Origin: Mustelus asterias
Taxonomy: Eukaryota
Length of the DNA: 45,000 bases
Reading direction: 5' to 3'
NCBI RefSeq assembly: GCF_964213995.1
Contig: NW_027591173.1
Location: 62,001-107,000, forward strand
How positions within the stretch are numbered: the first letter of the stretch is position 1; every line of letters starts with the position of its first letter. This document shows positions 14,712 through 27,011 of the stretch, one piece after another. The position numbers were made by a program, and so were the translations under genes. Below the pieces are notes generated by a model. The model did no database searches. It saw only the letters and a list, made by a program, of their open reading frames with translations, and was not told the origin of the DNA.

Positions 14712-16124
14712 CCCTGGGCACAGTTCCCAGAGAGTTTAAAATCTTCTTACAGCTAGCCAATTCCTGATCCAAACCGCTAAATCATCCTCAATCCCATGCC
14801 TCCGTATCTTCTGCAATAGCTTAACCGTGAGGTTAGAGTGTTAAAATCTGAAATAAAACAGTCAACGCCACAAAGAGTCAACAGGCCCGGCAGTTTGTGT
14901 GGAGGCAGAAACAGAGTGAAACACACAGTTAAACATCCATATGAATCAAGAGCAGCAGTAGACCTTTGGGCTGCTCTGCTCCAGATAAGATCCCAGCTGA
15001 TCTGACTGTGACCAAAACTCCACTTTCCTCTCAAGAATTCAATGAATCAGCCTTAAAAATATTCAATGACTCTCTCTCCACTGCTCTCTGGGGAAGAGAA
15101 TTCCACAGACCAAAGACCCTCTGAGAGAAAAAAAAATCTCATTCTCTCTCTTTCAGACGTCTTAAATCCGCTCGTTCTCCGGAGCCACACAGGGAAAGCC
15201 AGACCCGTGAAGAAGGGAGAGAGGGAGGTGGAGAAGAACAAAATGAAAAATCTGCAAACTGATAACATGATTCACAGCCCAAGACCAAAACGAGTGTTAA
15301 TGGGACAAGTAAAGACACAAAAGATGATCTGGATGAGGTGTAAATAGTCCGAATGCAAAGTAAAGAAAACAAGAGGGAAATGAGGTGAAAAAAGCAATAA
15401 CGAAACACAGAACACAATGGGGGCAGAGATTGTGGTGTAAAATTGTTGAGCTCAGTTTTGTTCTGAAGGCTGTAAAGTGTCTCTTTTAGTTGCGGGAAAT
15501 AATATATTTCCCAGTTCCGATGACAGGTCACACTCAGTCTGTTTCTCTCTCCACAGAGGCTGCCTGACTTGTTGAGTATTTCCAGCGTTTCCTGCTTTAT
15601 GTCACAGAGAATGTCGAAGAATTGTAACACCCGGAACAGATGTCTCTTCCTCGGGACACTCCAGCTCGGGTCAGGGTGGGGGGATAATGTTCACTGTTTT
15701 ATATTTGTGTCTGGTGCGAGTAATACCTTAAATTAAATGGAGAAGTTTTTTAAACTGAAGAGAGTAACTGAAACTGACTTGAAACAACGTTAACAAGTCC
15801 GGGCTGCTGGAGAAACATTTTGGGATTTGTGAGCAGTCAGTTCCGGCTGGTTTGAAGTGAAATCCTGTCGGTGCTGCGGCAAATCTGAACTCAAACCAGA
15901 CAAACTGGAACCGCTGGGTTAGAGATTCCGGGTGTTGGGATGTGGAGGCTGGGGGAGGGGGAGATGGCGGTAAAACTCTGAGCCTGAGTTTAGACAGGGT
16001 GAGCGGGGTAAAGGGGAGGAATGACAGTTAATGTGGGAGTCAGGGACAATAGCAGAAGGTGGGAAGCTCTGGAAAGGAGCAATGGGGGTAAAGGCCTTCA
16101 CAGAATGCTTGTTTAAATGAAGAT

Positions 16125-16290
16125 AAAAGCAAAATACTGCGGATGCTGGAATCTGAAACAGGAAATGCTGGAAATCTCAGCGGATCTGACAGCATCTGTG
16201 GTGAGAGAACAGAATTAATGTTTCCAGTCTGGATGATCATAGGTGCTGCCAGAAATGCTGAGGTTCTCCAGCATTTTCTGTTTGTGTTTA
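16125..16290. mobile_element. Palindromic Penelope-like (PLE)-derived repeat fragment
   Basis: aaagcaaaatactgcggatgctggaatctgaaac...cagcatctg...tccagcattttctgttt. Same family as 17055-17180 and 42270-42453. Confidence 0.55.
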
Positions 16291-16919
16291 ACTGAAGGTT
16301 CAGCAGGGAAACAAGCAGCGATTTCACACACACTAAACCCAGGGAGAGGGGGTGACCCAGGATAAGGGACAGGCGCAGCTCAGTGAGGCTCTGCAAAGTC
16401 CAGCAATCTGCCCACATTGAGAGCTTAGAGCGCCAAGGGGGAGGGGAAGGAGAAACTATTTGGGACACAGCAGGAGGTCACCCCTCCCCCCACTCTGGGG
16501 TTCCACATCCCTCCCACACCTGGGCAAGGTTGGCTCAAGGTGCAGGAAGCTGCAAGCTGAGAGGCTGAGCTGTGAACTGGGCCGGGTTGGGGGTTTGAGT
16601 GACAGTCCTGGGGCTATTTCAGGACAGGAACAGCCACAGATTCCCTCTTTTTCCTGGGACGTTTCAGTGGAGCTGTGTTGGTGAGTGTTTGTAATCTCTG
16701 TCTCACTGTCTCGGTAATGGGGGTGGGTTGTAGATTGCTGTGAGTGTTAGACTAAATAACCTCTCCTCATGCTGCCAGTTCCAGTCTGCAGACTCCATTT
16801 CTCAGTCCAGTTTGCTGGTCTGTCTCTGTCTCTGTGCACTTTGCTGCAGTGCTCCACATTCTGAGCAACATCCAGCCCATTGTTATCATCCAAAATTTGC
16901 GGCAAACTACCTTCACTGT

Positions 16920-17706
16920 GACCCAGCGGTTAGCACTGCTGCCTCACAGCGCCAGGGTTCGATTCCAGCCGTGGGTGACTGTCTGTGTGGAGTTTGCACA
17001 GTAAGAAGTCTCACAATATCAGGTTAACGTCCAATAAATTCATTTGGAATCAATGCAAATTACTGCGGATTCTGGAATCTGAAACCAAAAGAGGAAATAC
17101 TGGAAAATCTCAGCAGGTCTGGCAGCATCTGTAAAGAGAGAAAAGAATTGACATTTTGAGTCCAGATGACCGTTTGTCAAAGCTGCTCCTTCATCAGCTC
17201 TCCAAAAGCTCGTGGTTCCAAATAACCTGGTGTTGTGAGACTTGTTACTGTGCCCACCCCAGTCCAACATCGCCACCTCAGGTGTGGAGTTTGCACAATT
17301 CCGCCCCCCCCCCCCCCGTCTGTGTGCATTTCCTCTGGGTGCTCTGGTGTGCAGGTTCGGTGAATTGACCATGTTAAATTTGTCCCTTAGTGTCCCAAGA
17401 TGTGTAGGGTCTAATTTGATTTATTATTGTTGCATGTTCTGGGATACAGTGAAAATTATTTCTTGCGTGTTATACAGAAAAAAAAGTCATAATTTGATAA
17501 AGTACATTTGGGGAAAGGAAAAGAGTCGGGTACAGAATATATTGTTGCGGTTGCAGGCAGGGTGAAGAAAAAGGTCAGGATGGGGATTAGCAGAGTAAGT
17601 GCGTAGGGTTACTGGGATAGGGGTGAGCCTGGGAAAGATGCTCTCAGAGTCAGTAGAGACTCGATGGGTAAAATGGCCTCTTTCTGCACTGTAAGGATTC
17701 TATGAT
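16920..17706 (+). mobile_element. tRNA-derived SINE (HE1/V-SINE-like) interrupted by later insertions
   Basis: Head ggttagcactgctgcctcacagcgccagggttcgattcc, body tgtgtggagtttgcac, and CR1-like tail gactcgatggg...ctgcactgtaaggattctatga. Confidence 0.75.
17001..17281. mobile_element. 281-bp PLE-type hairpin insertion inside the SINE, flanked by a 16-bp target-site duplication
   Basis: GTGTGGAGTTTGCACA at 16985-17000 and 17282-17297. Imperfect inverted arms gtaagaagtctcacaatatcaggtta / taacctggtgttgtgagacttgttac. Confidence 0.75.
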
Positions 17707-18220
17707 TAGTGAATTACGGTGAGCAACTTTTGAATAGAGGGGTTTCTGGGGCGCAGAGCATTGTGGGAAATGTGACGGCCATTAGTCAGTGCTTGACTCT
17801 AGATGTTTCATTATAGACTGAGGGCAGGTCAGCTACCTGAGCCCTCAGTTCTGTTTGTAACTCTCACAGGCTGCCTAGTCTGCTGAATATCTCGAGGATT
17901 TGTTTTTTTGTCGAAGATACAGTCTCCACAGAGTTTTCTGTGTTATTCTTTTATAGGTTCGAATTTAGAAACACAGTTAGGAGCCGGTTTGAATCAGGCT
18001 GCGTGTTGGATGCAGAACTCAGTTCCTGGCCTCCTGCGTGTTTTTTTTAACTGTTGCTTCGGTCTGGACTCTGTTCATCACCTGTCTCTATGGGTTCTCT
18101 CTCAATCCCCTTTTTTCTGTTTTAAATCAGTTTCACAGGGACTAGAAGGGGACGATTTGCAGTCAGGAAACTGAAAGTAAATATCATATCAGGAACTGCC
18201 AGAGTCGTCCAATTTGGAAC

Positions 18221-19090
18221 ATGGAAGGAAAAAGCACTATTCACAGTGGAGAGAAACCGTACACGGGTTCTGTGTGTGGACGAGGCTTCAGCCGATCCTC
18301 TGGCCTGTCAAAACGTAAGTGCAGCCACTCCTTGGAAAAACTGTGGAAATGTGTGGACTGTGGGAAGGAATTTAATTACCCATCCCAGCTGGAAGCTCAT
18401 CGGCGCAGTCACACTGGGGAGAGACCGTTCACCTGCTCTGAGTGTGGGAAGGGTTTCACTCAGTCATCCAATCTACTTGCTCATCAGCGAGTTCACACTG
18501 ATGAGAGACCTTTTAAATGCTCAGACTGTGGGAAATGCTTCAAAAGTTCTTGGGAACTGACGTCCCATCAACGTGTTCACACTGATGAGAGACCGTTCAG
18601 GTGCTCTCACTGTGGGATTGGGTTCAAGCATTCACATAACCTCACTGTACACCAGCGAATTCACACTGGGGAGAGACCATTCACCTGCTCCGAGTGTGGA
18701 AAGGGATTCACTCGGTCATCCCAACTATTGACACACCAGCGAGTTCACACTGGGGAGAGACCATTTAAATGCTCTGACTGTGAGAAGTGCTATAAAAGTT
18801 CTGGTGAACTGACTTCCCATCAACGTGTTCACACTGATGAGAGACCGTTCAGGTGCTCTCACTGCGGGACTGGGTTCAGGCGATCATATGACCTCATTCC
18901 ACACCAGCGCATCCACACTGGGGAAAGGCCATTCACCTGCTCCGAGTGTGGGAAGGGATTCATTCAGTCCTCCACCCTGCTGAGACACAAGCGAGCTCAC
19001 ACTGGGGAAAGGCCATTCACCTGCTCTGAGAGTGGGAAGAGATTCACTCAGTCATCCTACCTGCTTAGACACCAAAGAATTCACGAGTAA
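18221..19090 (+). CDS. C2H2 (Kruppel-type) zinc-finger protein, 289 aa, 8 intact + 2 degenerate fingers, no effector domain visible
   Basis: Repeated CxxC-12-HxxxH with TGERPF/TDERPF linkers. Splice-acceptor-like tttcacag at 18131-18138 upstream and AATAAA at 19202-19207 downstream. Confidence 0.92.
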   Translation: MEGKSTIHSGEKPYTGSVCGRGFSRSSGLSKRKCSHSLEKLWKCVDCGKEFNYPSQLEAHRRSHTGERPFTCSECGKGFTQSSNLLAHQRVHTDERPFKCSDCGKCFKSSWELTSHQRVHTDERPFRCSHCGIGFKHSHNLTVHQRIHTGERPFTCSECGKGFTRSSQLLTHQRVHTGERPFKCSDCEKCYKSSGELTSHQRVHTDERPFRCSHCGTGFRRSYDLIPHQRIHTGERPFTCSECGKGFIQSSTLLRHKRAHTGERPFTCSESGKRFTQSSYLLRHQRIHE

Positions 19091-19254
19091 CCACAGTGAT
19101 TGGAATCTGCTGTTAATCCTATCCAGGACTGTAATACGTTCATTGCGTTTGTTTTTGTTGATGTTAATGAACTCCAGCCAGTTATACGGTTTAATATTCT
19201 GAATAAAAGTCAAATCAATTATCTTTGTGTTCAGTACTGTGAATCTTTTTAATA

Positions 19255-19745
19255 TCATCAGCACAACTGAATTCCTTTTGAGTTGCTCTCCCATTGTCCC
19301 TCTCCCATCTTCACCTCCCCACAAGTGCTCATTGGGAATAAAACTCACAATCTTCTTTGTCACTAAGTTTGAGACAATCCAATCAGCTGTCTCTACTGCT
19401 TCCCTCCTTCCCCTAACCCACTGGACCAAACCTCCTCTAACGCTGCCCTTTATCTGAGCTCTGAACTCTCATCTTTCTGCAGTTTCTCTCCTGCCTCCCC
19501 TCATGTCCTCTTAGAGCTCATATTGCCCATGAGACCCATCTCCTGATCCCTCAATCCTTTTCCCACTGTCCTACTGACAGCACAACTTCTCCATATCAGC
19601 TGATATTGCCAATATCTTCCTCTCCTTCAAATCCGATATCATCACCCACTTCTCATTAAAATATCTTTGACACATGCCCTTGTAAACTACCATCCCACCT
19701 CCCTTTCCTCTCTAAAGTCCTTGAATGTTTTACCTTCCACATATT
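19255..19745 (+). mobile_element. Degenerate L2-type LINE fragment
   Basis: Pyrimidine-rich sequence with remnants resembling the ITPLLKK...NYRP...PFLSKVLE pre-RT region (atcatcacccacttctc...aactaccatccc...cctttcctctctaaagtccttgaa). Confidence 0.45.
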
Positions 19746-20044
19746 GTAACTTGTTTTCCCTTTATCATTGTGTATAGTAAAGTTTATTTTGTTTGTGCAG
19801 AATCTGTGGAATCTTTTGCCTTTATTCACTTGTTAAGTGTCTTGAATCTCCACCTTTGTCAATTTTATACAAACTCACCCAAATCTAAAAACTATTTTGT
19901 GGGAATTGGGGGAATAGAACAGAAGATGGGTTTCTGCTGCTAAGTTACAATCTCAGCTGATGTTACTTCTGGACTTCTGGACAGGAAGGTCCCAGAATAC
20001 AATCCTGGCTCAATTGACCATCACTTTTACCTTTTTGTTTTAGA

Positions 20045-20770
20045 AATGTTTAATGATGGATTCCAGCAATTTCCCAACTACGGATGTTAAGCTAACCGGG
20101 CTGTAGTTACCCGCCTTTTGTCTACCTCCTTTTTTAAACAGTGGCATCACATTAGCTGTTTTCCAATCAGCCGGCACTTCCCCAGAGTCCAGTGAATTTT
20201 GATAAATTACAACCAACGCATCTGCTATTACTTCTGCCATTTCTATCCGGACCCTGGGATGCATTCCATCCGGGCCCGGGGACTTGTCTACCTTTAGTCC
20301 CATTAGCCAACCAAGCACTACCTCTTTAGTAATAGTAATCGTTTTAAGGACCTCACCCCCTATAGTCCCACAACCGTCAATTTTCGGTAAGCTATTTGTG
20401 TCCTCTACCGTGAAGACCGACACAAAAACTTGTTTAAGGCCTTGGCCATTTCCTCGTTTCCCATTATTAAATCCTCCTTCTCGTCTTCTAAGGGTCCAAC
20501 ATTTACTTTAGCTACTCTTTTCCTTTTTATACATTTGTAAAAACTTTTGCCATCAGTTTTTATATTTTGTGCTAGTTTAGTTTCATAATCTATCTTTCCT
20601 TTCTTTCTCGCTTTCTTAGTAGTTCTTTGTTGTTTTTTAAAGCTTTCCCAACCTTCTAATCCCCCACTAGTTTTGGCCACTCTGTACGCATCGGTTTTTA
20701 ATTTAATACTCTCCTTTATTTCCTTAGTTATCCACGGCTGGTTATCCCTTTTCTTACATTCCTTCTTTAA
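20045..20770 (-). mobile_element. CR1 LINE element A, distal ORF2 part (3'-truncated)
   Basis: ORFs 20405-20818 and 20040-20423: KKECKKRDNQPWITKEI...KSPGPDGMHPRV...PADWKTANVMPLFKKG...NYSPVSLTSVVGKLLE. It stops before the RT core. Confidence 0.88.
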
Positions 20771-22931
20771 CATAGAAACATAGAAAACTACAGCACAAAA
20801 CAGGCCCTTCGGCCCCACAAGTTGTGCCGAACATATCCCTACCTTTTAGGCCTACCTATAACCCTCCATCCTATTAAGTCCCATGTACTCATCCAGGAGT
20901 CTCTTAAAAGACCCTACTGACTTTGCCTCCACCACCACTGATGGCAGCCAATTCCATTCGCCCACCACCCTCCATGTGATAAACTTCCCCCTAACATCTC
21001 CCCTGCACCTACACCCCAGCACCTTAAACCTATGTCCTCTCGTAGCAGCCATTTCCATCCTGGGAAAAAGCCTCTGAGAGTCCACCCGATCTATGCCTCT
21101 CAACATCTTATATACCTCTATTAGGTCTCCCCTCATCCTACGTCTCTCCAAGGAGAAAAGACCGAGCTCCCTCAGCCTATCCTCATAAGCCATGCCACTC
21201 AATCCAGGCAACATCCCTGTAAATCGCCTCTGCACCCTTTCAATCTTTTCCACATCCTTCCTGTAATGAGGCGACCAGAACTGAGCACAGTATTCCAAGT
21301 GGGGTCTGACGAGGGTCTTCTATATCTGCATCATTATCCCCGGACTCCTAAACTCAATCCCTCGATTGATAAAGGCCAGCACACCATACGCCTTCTTAAC
21401 CACCTCCTCCACCTGTGGGGCCGATTTTAGAGCCCTATGGACCCGGACCCCAAGGTCCTTCTGATCCTCGACAGTACTAAGAGTCTTTCCCTTTATATTG
21501 TACTCCTTCATCCCATTTGACCTGCCAAAATGGACCACTACGCATTTATCTGGGTTGAAGTCCATCTGCCACTTCTTCGCCCAGACTTGCATCCTATCTA
21601 TGTCCCTCTGTAACTTCTGACATCCCTCCAGACTATCCACAACCCCACCAACCTTCGTGTCGTCGGCAAACTTACCAACCCATCCCTCCATTTCCTCATC
21701 CAGGTCATTTATGAAAATGACAAACAGCAATGGTCCCAGAACAGATCCCTGGGGCACACCACTGGTGACCGATCTCCATTTAGAAAAAGACCCATCAATA
21801 CACACTTTCTGCCTCCTTTGGGCAAGCCAGTTCTGGATCCACAGGGCAGCAGCCCCTTGGATCCCATGCCCTCTCACTTTTTCGAGAAGCCTTGCATGGG
21901 GGACCTGATCGAACGCCTTGCTAAAATCCATATAAAGCACATCTACCGCTTTCCCTTCGTCACTGTGTTTAGTCACATTTTCGAAGAACTCCACCAGGCT
22001 TGTAAGGCACGATCTGCCTGTGACAAAGCCATGCTGAGTATTCTTGAGCATACTAAACCTCTCTAAATGCTCATAAATCTTGTCCCTCAGGATCTTCTCC
22101 ATCAGCTTACCAACCACTGAGGTTAGACTCACCGGTCGGTAATTACCTGGGCTATCCCTATTCCCCTTCTTGAAAATAGGAACCACATCCGCAATCCTCC
22201 AATCCTCCGGCACCTCTCCTGTCTCCATCGACGATGCAAAGATCATTGCCAGAGGCTCTGCAATCTCTTCCCTCGCCTCCCACAGTAACCTGGGGTACAT
22301 TCCATCCGGACCCGGCGACTTATCTATCTTGATGCCATTCAACGATTCCAACCTCTTTGTTAAAGTCCACATACTCAATCTTTTCAGTCCACCGCAAGCC
22401 CACAGTACATCCACCCATGTCCTTCTCCTCTGTGAAAACCGAGGCAAAATACTCATTAAGCACCTCTGCCATTTCTACTGGTTCCGTACTGATTTTCCCG
22501 CCTTCACCTTTTATAGGCCCTATTCCTTCACGTCTCATCCTTTTACTCTTCACATATTTATAAAACGCCTTAGGGTTTTCCTTAATTCTACTTGCCAAGG
22601 CTTTCTCGTGACCCCTTCTGGCTCTCCAAATTTCCTTCTTTAGTCCCTTCCTACAAGCCCTATACTCTTCTAAATCCCTATCTTCGCCAAGCTCTCTAAG
22701 CCTTTTATACACTTCCTTTCTTCTCGACTAGGTCCCACATAGCTTTCGTGCACCACGGTTCCTTTAACCTACCAACTCCTCCCTGCCTGCTCGGAACATT
22801 GTCCTGTAGAACCCTAGACAGACATTCCTTGAAAAACTGCCACCTCTCTTCAGTAGATTTCCCCGAGAATCCCTCCTTCCAATTTACTCCTCTAATTTGC
22901 TGCCTTATGTCTTCATATTTCCCCTTTATCA
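20771..22931 (-). mobile_element. CR1 LINE element B (5'-truncated, RT plus 3' tail) inserted into element A
   Basis: RT motifs QHGF, YMDFSKAFD, GVPQGSVLGPLLF and FADD (ORF 21320-22456). C-terminal EYCAQFWSP...RRRMRGDLIEVYK. CR1 3' tail TTCTATGTTTCTATG at about 20771-20787. Frameshifted. Confidence 0.92.
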
Positions 22932-24975
22932 CAGGAATATATTTTTGCTGAGTACTGAGAAAAATCTCCTTAAAAATCCACCACTGTTGCTCAGCTGTCC
23001 TACCAACTAGTCTACATTAGCCAATTCTGCCCTCATCCTATTGTACTCCCCTGTGTTCAAGCAGAGGACACTGGTTTGGGACCCTATTTTCTCTCCCTCC
23101 ATTTGTATTAGAAATTCAACCATATTGTGATCACTCATTCCAAGATCCCTCACAAGAAGATCATTAATTTTACCTGTCTCATTACACAGGACCAGATCCA
23201 AGATGGCTTGCTCCCTCGTAGGTTCTGTAACATACTGTTCGAGGAAACTATCCCGACAGCATTCTCAGAACTCTTTCTCAAGTCCACCGTGTCCGACTTG
23301 AGTCAACCAATCAATATGCAGGTTAAAATCCCCCATGATTATTGCTGTTCCGTTTTTGCACGCACCCATTATTTGCTTGTTTATAGCCCGAACCACTTCA
23401 AAGTTATTATTTGGGGGCCTATAGACCACGCCCACCGGTGACTTTCTCCCCTTACTATTCCTTATCTCCATCCACAACGATTCCACATTCTGCTCCTTAG
23501 AGCCTATATCGTCTGTCACTACCGCCCTGATGTTATCTTTAATTAACAGAGCTACCCCACCTCCTTTTCCTTCCTGTCTATCCTTCCGAAATGTCTGATA
23601 CCCCTGGATATTCAGTTCCCAGTCCTGGTCACCCTGCAACCACGTTTCTGTAATGGCCACTAGATCATACCCATTTGTACTGATTTGTGCCATCAACTCA
23701 TTCACTTTGTTTCGAATGCTACGTGCATTCAGGTAAAGTGTCTTTATGCTAGCCTTTATATGGACCCGATTTGTTAGTGCATTCTTTTGATTGCATGCTC
23801 TGTCCCTACCTGTCTCAAACTGGTTATCCTTCCCCAGACCATCTCCTTGCACTGCGTTAACCACCTCTCTTCTTGTGTTTGTCACCTTTTTTACTCTGCC
23901 TGAGCCCTTGACTCCTTTAACTAGGTGAATGTCCTCATCATTAACCTGCACTCGTACCCTCTCCTTTACCTTTGATTTTATAATTCCCCATGCCCCTGAA
24001 CCCTCCCTCCCTCACCCCCCCCCCCCCCCACCTCACTATTCAGTTTAAAGCCCTATTTACAGCCTTGGTTATACTATTCGCCAGGACTCTGGTCCCAGCA
24101 CGATTCAGACGAAGACCATCCCATCTGAACAGGTCCCATCTTCCCCAATACTGGTGCCAATATCCCATGAATTCAAACCCATTCCTCCCACACCAATCTT
24201 TGAGCCACTCATTTACCTCCTTAATCTTATTGATCCTACGCCAATTTGCTTGTGGCTCAGGTAGTAATCCAGAGATTACCACCTTGTTGGTTCTGCTTTT
24301 TAATTTGGCTCCTAGCTTTTCATACTCCCTCTGCAGAACCTCTGTTCCTGTTCTGCCTATGTCGTTGGCACCTACGTGGACCACTACAACTGGATTCTTA
24401 CCCTCCCACTCCAAGTTCCTCTGCAGCCCAGATGAGATATCCTGGACCCGAGCACCAGGCAGGCAACACAACCTTTGGTATTCTCGATCTTGGTCACAGA
24501 GAACAGTGTCAATATCCCTAACTACACTATCCCCAATTACCACTACATTTCTTTTTTCTTCTTCCACCTGAACGGCTCCCTGTACCACGGTGCCGTGGGC
24601 AGTTTGCTCGTCCTCCTTGCAGTCCCCGTTCCCATCCACACTGGGAGTAAGAATTTCAAACCTGTTGTACAGATTCAGGGACTGAGGCTCTTGCAACTCT
24701 ACCTTCTGGATCCCACTTCCTGCCTCGCTCGCAGCCACACCCTCTTGTCCCTGACCCCCGGCTGAATTAGTTAGTCTAAAGGGTGTGACTGCCTCCTGAA
24801 ACACAGCGTCCAGGTAACTCTCCCCCTCCCGATATGTCGCAGTGTCTGAAGCTCAGACTCCAGCTCATCGACCCTGAGCCGGAGTACCTCAAGCAACCAA
24901 CACTTACTGCAGACATGCTCACTGGGAACCACAGTGGGGTCCACCAGCTCCCACATCATGCAGAAACAACACATT
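22932..24975 (-). mobile_element. CR1 LINE element A, proximal part: ORF1 (Cys-rich region + SGNH esterase) and ORF2 AP endonuclease
   Basis: ORF1: CxxC...HVCSKC, VVVIGDS, VVHVGAND. Endonuclease: LYLNARSIRNK, ITETWL, VYRPP, MGDFN. Broken by stops and frameshifts. Confidence 0.92.
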
Positions 24976-25095
24976 ATTTCCCAAGAGGAAGTAAAGTTTT
25001 GCCCCCTCTCGTCGGGAATGAGAAATTCCTCCTGAATACACTCAACAAATTTCGCTCCATCCAACCGTCTAATACAATGGCTGTCCCAGTCAACC
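24976..25095 (-). mobile_element. Short fragment of a third CR1 endonuclease region
   Basis: Translates to ...DW...LDGAKFVECIQEEFL...PTREGA.L..LLGN-like sequence. Confidence 0.6.
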
Positions 25096-25416
25096 TCTCA
25101 CACAGTTTCACCTCAAATGCCCAAAGCGAAAATCATGCCCCTAGACCAACGAGTCTACGCAACCGGCGCTTTCACCGAAATATAACTGGTTTGCTTGTAT
25201 CCAAAGCAGCTCAGAAATCCTTGGTAAAGGCCCGAAATTGTTGAACAAACGCAGCATGTTAGTATTTTGCTAACTCGACTGTTTGGAACTGGGCGCTGTC
25301 GTGTATAAAATACAGATGTTACCCGCTACACTACACAAAGAATGTCGAGTGCCAAACTGAATGAACGTGAATATTTTCTTATGAGTCCACCTCCTCCAAA
25401 GACAACCTTTTCCCAG

Positions 25417-25510
25417 ATATGGGTCACTGAGATTCTGTCACTCAGCCGCTGTCCTCAGCAGTAAAGACAGAAGGAGAAGCGGTGACTTTACAATGTATCT
25501 ATAATATTAA
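25417..25510 (+). pseudogene. Truncated TCR V segment (5' part only), paralogous to the V at 31580
   Basis: Acceptor ttttcccag followed by MGH*DSVTQPLSSAVKTEGEAVTLQCIY, with an in-frame TGA. No WY motif, YYC or RSS follows. DNA is closely similar to 31571-31665. Confidence 0.8.
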
Positions 25511-25649
25511 ATTTTACTCTCTGAAAAGGGGAAAATTCTAAACATATCAACTGAGTCGCCTTTGTACCTTCTTGTTTGTAAGCAAAATAAACCAAATTAG
25601 TCTGTTGATCCCTGGCACTATTCTGATTTATAACCATAAGCCTTTAAGA

Positions 25650-25940
25650 CGATAAGATATAGGAATAGCATTAGACCATTCGACCCATCGAGTCTGCTCC
25701 GCCATTCAATTGTGGCTGCTAAGTTTCTCATCCCCATTCTCTCGCCTTTTCCCGGAAACTTTGATCCCTTTACAAATCAAAAACATATCTACTCAATGAC
25801 CTGACCTCCACACCCTTCTGTGGCAATGAATTCCATCGATTCACCACCCACTGGCTGAAGAAATTCCTCCTCATCTCTACTTTAAAGGATCGTCCCTTTA
25901 CTCTGAGGCTGTGCCCTTGGATCCTCGTCTCTCTGACTTA
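25650..25940 (-). mobile_element. CR1 3'-end fragment
   Basis: taagatataggaatagcattagaccattcgacccatcgagtctgctccgccattcaat...gaagaaattcctcctcatctc, the reverse complement of a CR1 tail. Confidence 0.65.
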
Positions 25941-26196
25941 CACGGAAATATCTCCCCCAGCACCGCACTTTTCCCAAAGTCTTGGTATGCTCTGGACTTC
26001 GGTGTACCCGGGATTTGAACAGAGAATTCCAGGAATGATGCCCGCATCATTTTACGATGTAAGTAGGAAACGTAACAAGGACTTTCTACAGAGCACCAAT
26101 TCGGATTCCTGGGCAGCATTTGTGCCTTGGTATGTGTTGGAGTAAACCCTGAATCGACTCAACAGCCAAATGCGAACTTGCATTAAACAACATTTG

Positions 26197-26212
26197 TCAG
26201 CAGAGGGCGCCA
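26197..26212 (+). promoter_or_regulatory. CTCF-like motif upstream of the TCR V promoter
   Basis: TCAGCAGAGGGCGCCA matches CCASYAGRKGGCRS at 13/14 and lies about 275 bp upstream of the leader ATG. Confidence 0.6.
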
Positions 26213-26484
26213 ATCTCGAGCCCGGTTTTGGAGTGGGGAGGGATGTCGGGGGGAGGGGGGGGGGGTGCTACAATCTCACGTGACATTATCACTGGAGCCT
26301 GTAGGGATGGTAGGCTGCTGAGGTCACAATAGACTCCACTTCCCCTCCCCACAATTACACCCACACAGACAAACTGACTCACACTCACTCACACTGCAAT
26401 CAACGGAGCAGAGTCTGGGTTCCCGCTCTCTTTCTCACTCTCTGACTCCTCCATTCTCATTCACTGAAATAAATTCACTCAGAC

Positions 26485-26972
26485 ATGTTTCTGATCATTC
26501 TGGCGGCGCTCTTGCACAGTAAGTACCGGATAACGTTCATCAAACCACGGAAACATATTTATACACAAAGATGCCAATTTAATTAACCATCAAAAATATC
26601 CATGTGACGTGTAGATGGGAGGTTCCACAAACTATAAATTTACATGAACTCTTGATATTTAATTCCTCTACCTTTACAGGTGGACTGTGCGCAGATCCAG
26701 TAACTCAGTCACCGGTGACAATAACCGCATCAGAAGGGGATTCGGTGCAGTTGGATTGTAACTATACAGACAAGGAGATGAGCTACATGCAATGGTATCA
26801 GCAGAAACCGGCACAGCCACCGAGATGGATTATTACCAATGCATTAGTAGTGGAGGAAAATGAAGTTTCAGGACGATATCTGCCGGCTACTGACAAGTCC
26901 ACACAGAGCGGCTCCCTCAATATAAGCGCCCTCAGTTTGGAGGACGGGGCGGTCTATTACTGTGCAGTGAGG
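26485..26972 (+). CDS. T-cell receptor alpha/delta-type V gene segment, apparently functional (leader exon 26485-26518, V exon 26680-26972)
   Basis: Leader MFLIILAALLH + A/GTAAGT and acceptor tttacag (phase 1). V region SGLCA-DPVTQSP...VQLDC...WYQQKP...LEDGAVYYCAVR has Cys23, Trp41 and Cys104. Confidence 0.93.
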
Positions 26973-27011
26973 CACAGCGTTAGATTACAGCTAAAACCCC
27001 CTACAAAAACC
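26973..27011 (+). promoter_or_regulatory. 23-RSS
   Basis: CACAGCG (26973-79) + 23 bp + ACAAAAACC (27003-11). Confidence 0.95.

Noticed and set aside
14777-17565. Many short overlapping ORFs
   Set aside because: They overlap repeat fragments and low-complexity sequence and show no protein motifs.
26604-26679. N-terminal part of the 147-aa ORF
   Set aside because: It is intron read-through; the real leader exon is 26485-26518.
26980-26990. TTAGATTACA shared between the V RSS spacer and the satellite
   Set aside because: It is a short AT-rich match in a different position relative to the heptamer, and probably chance.
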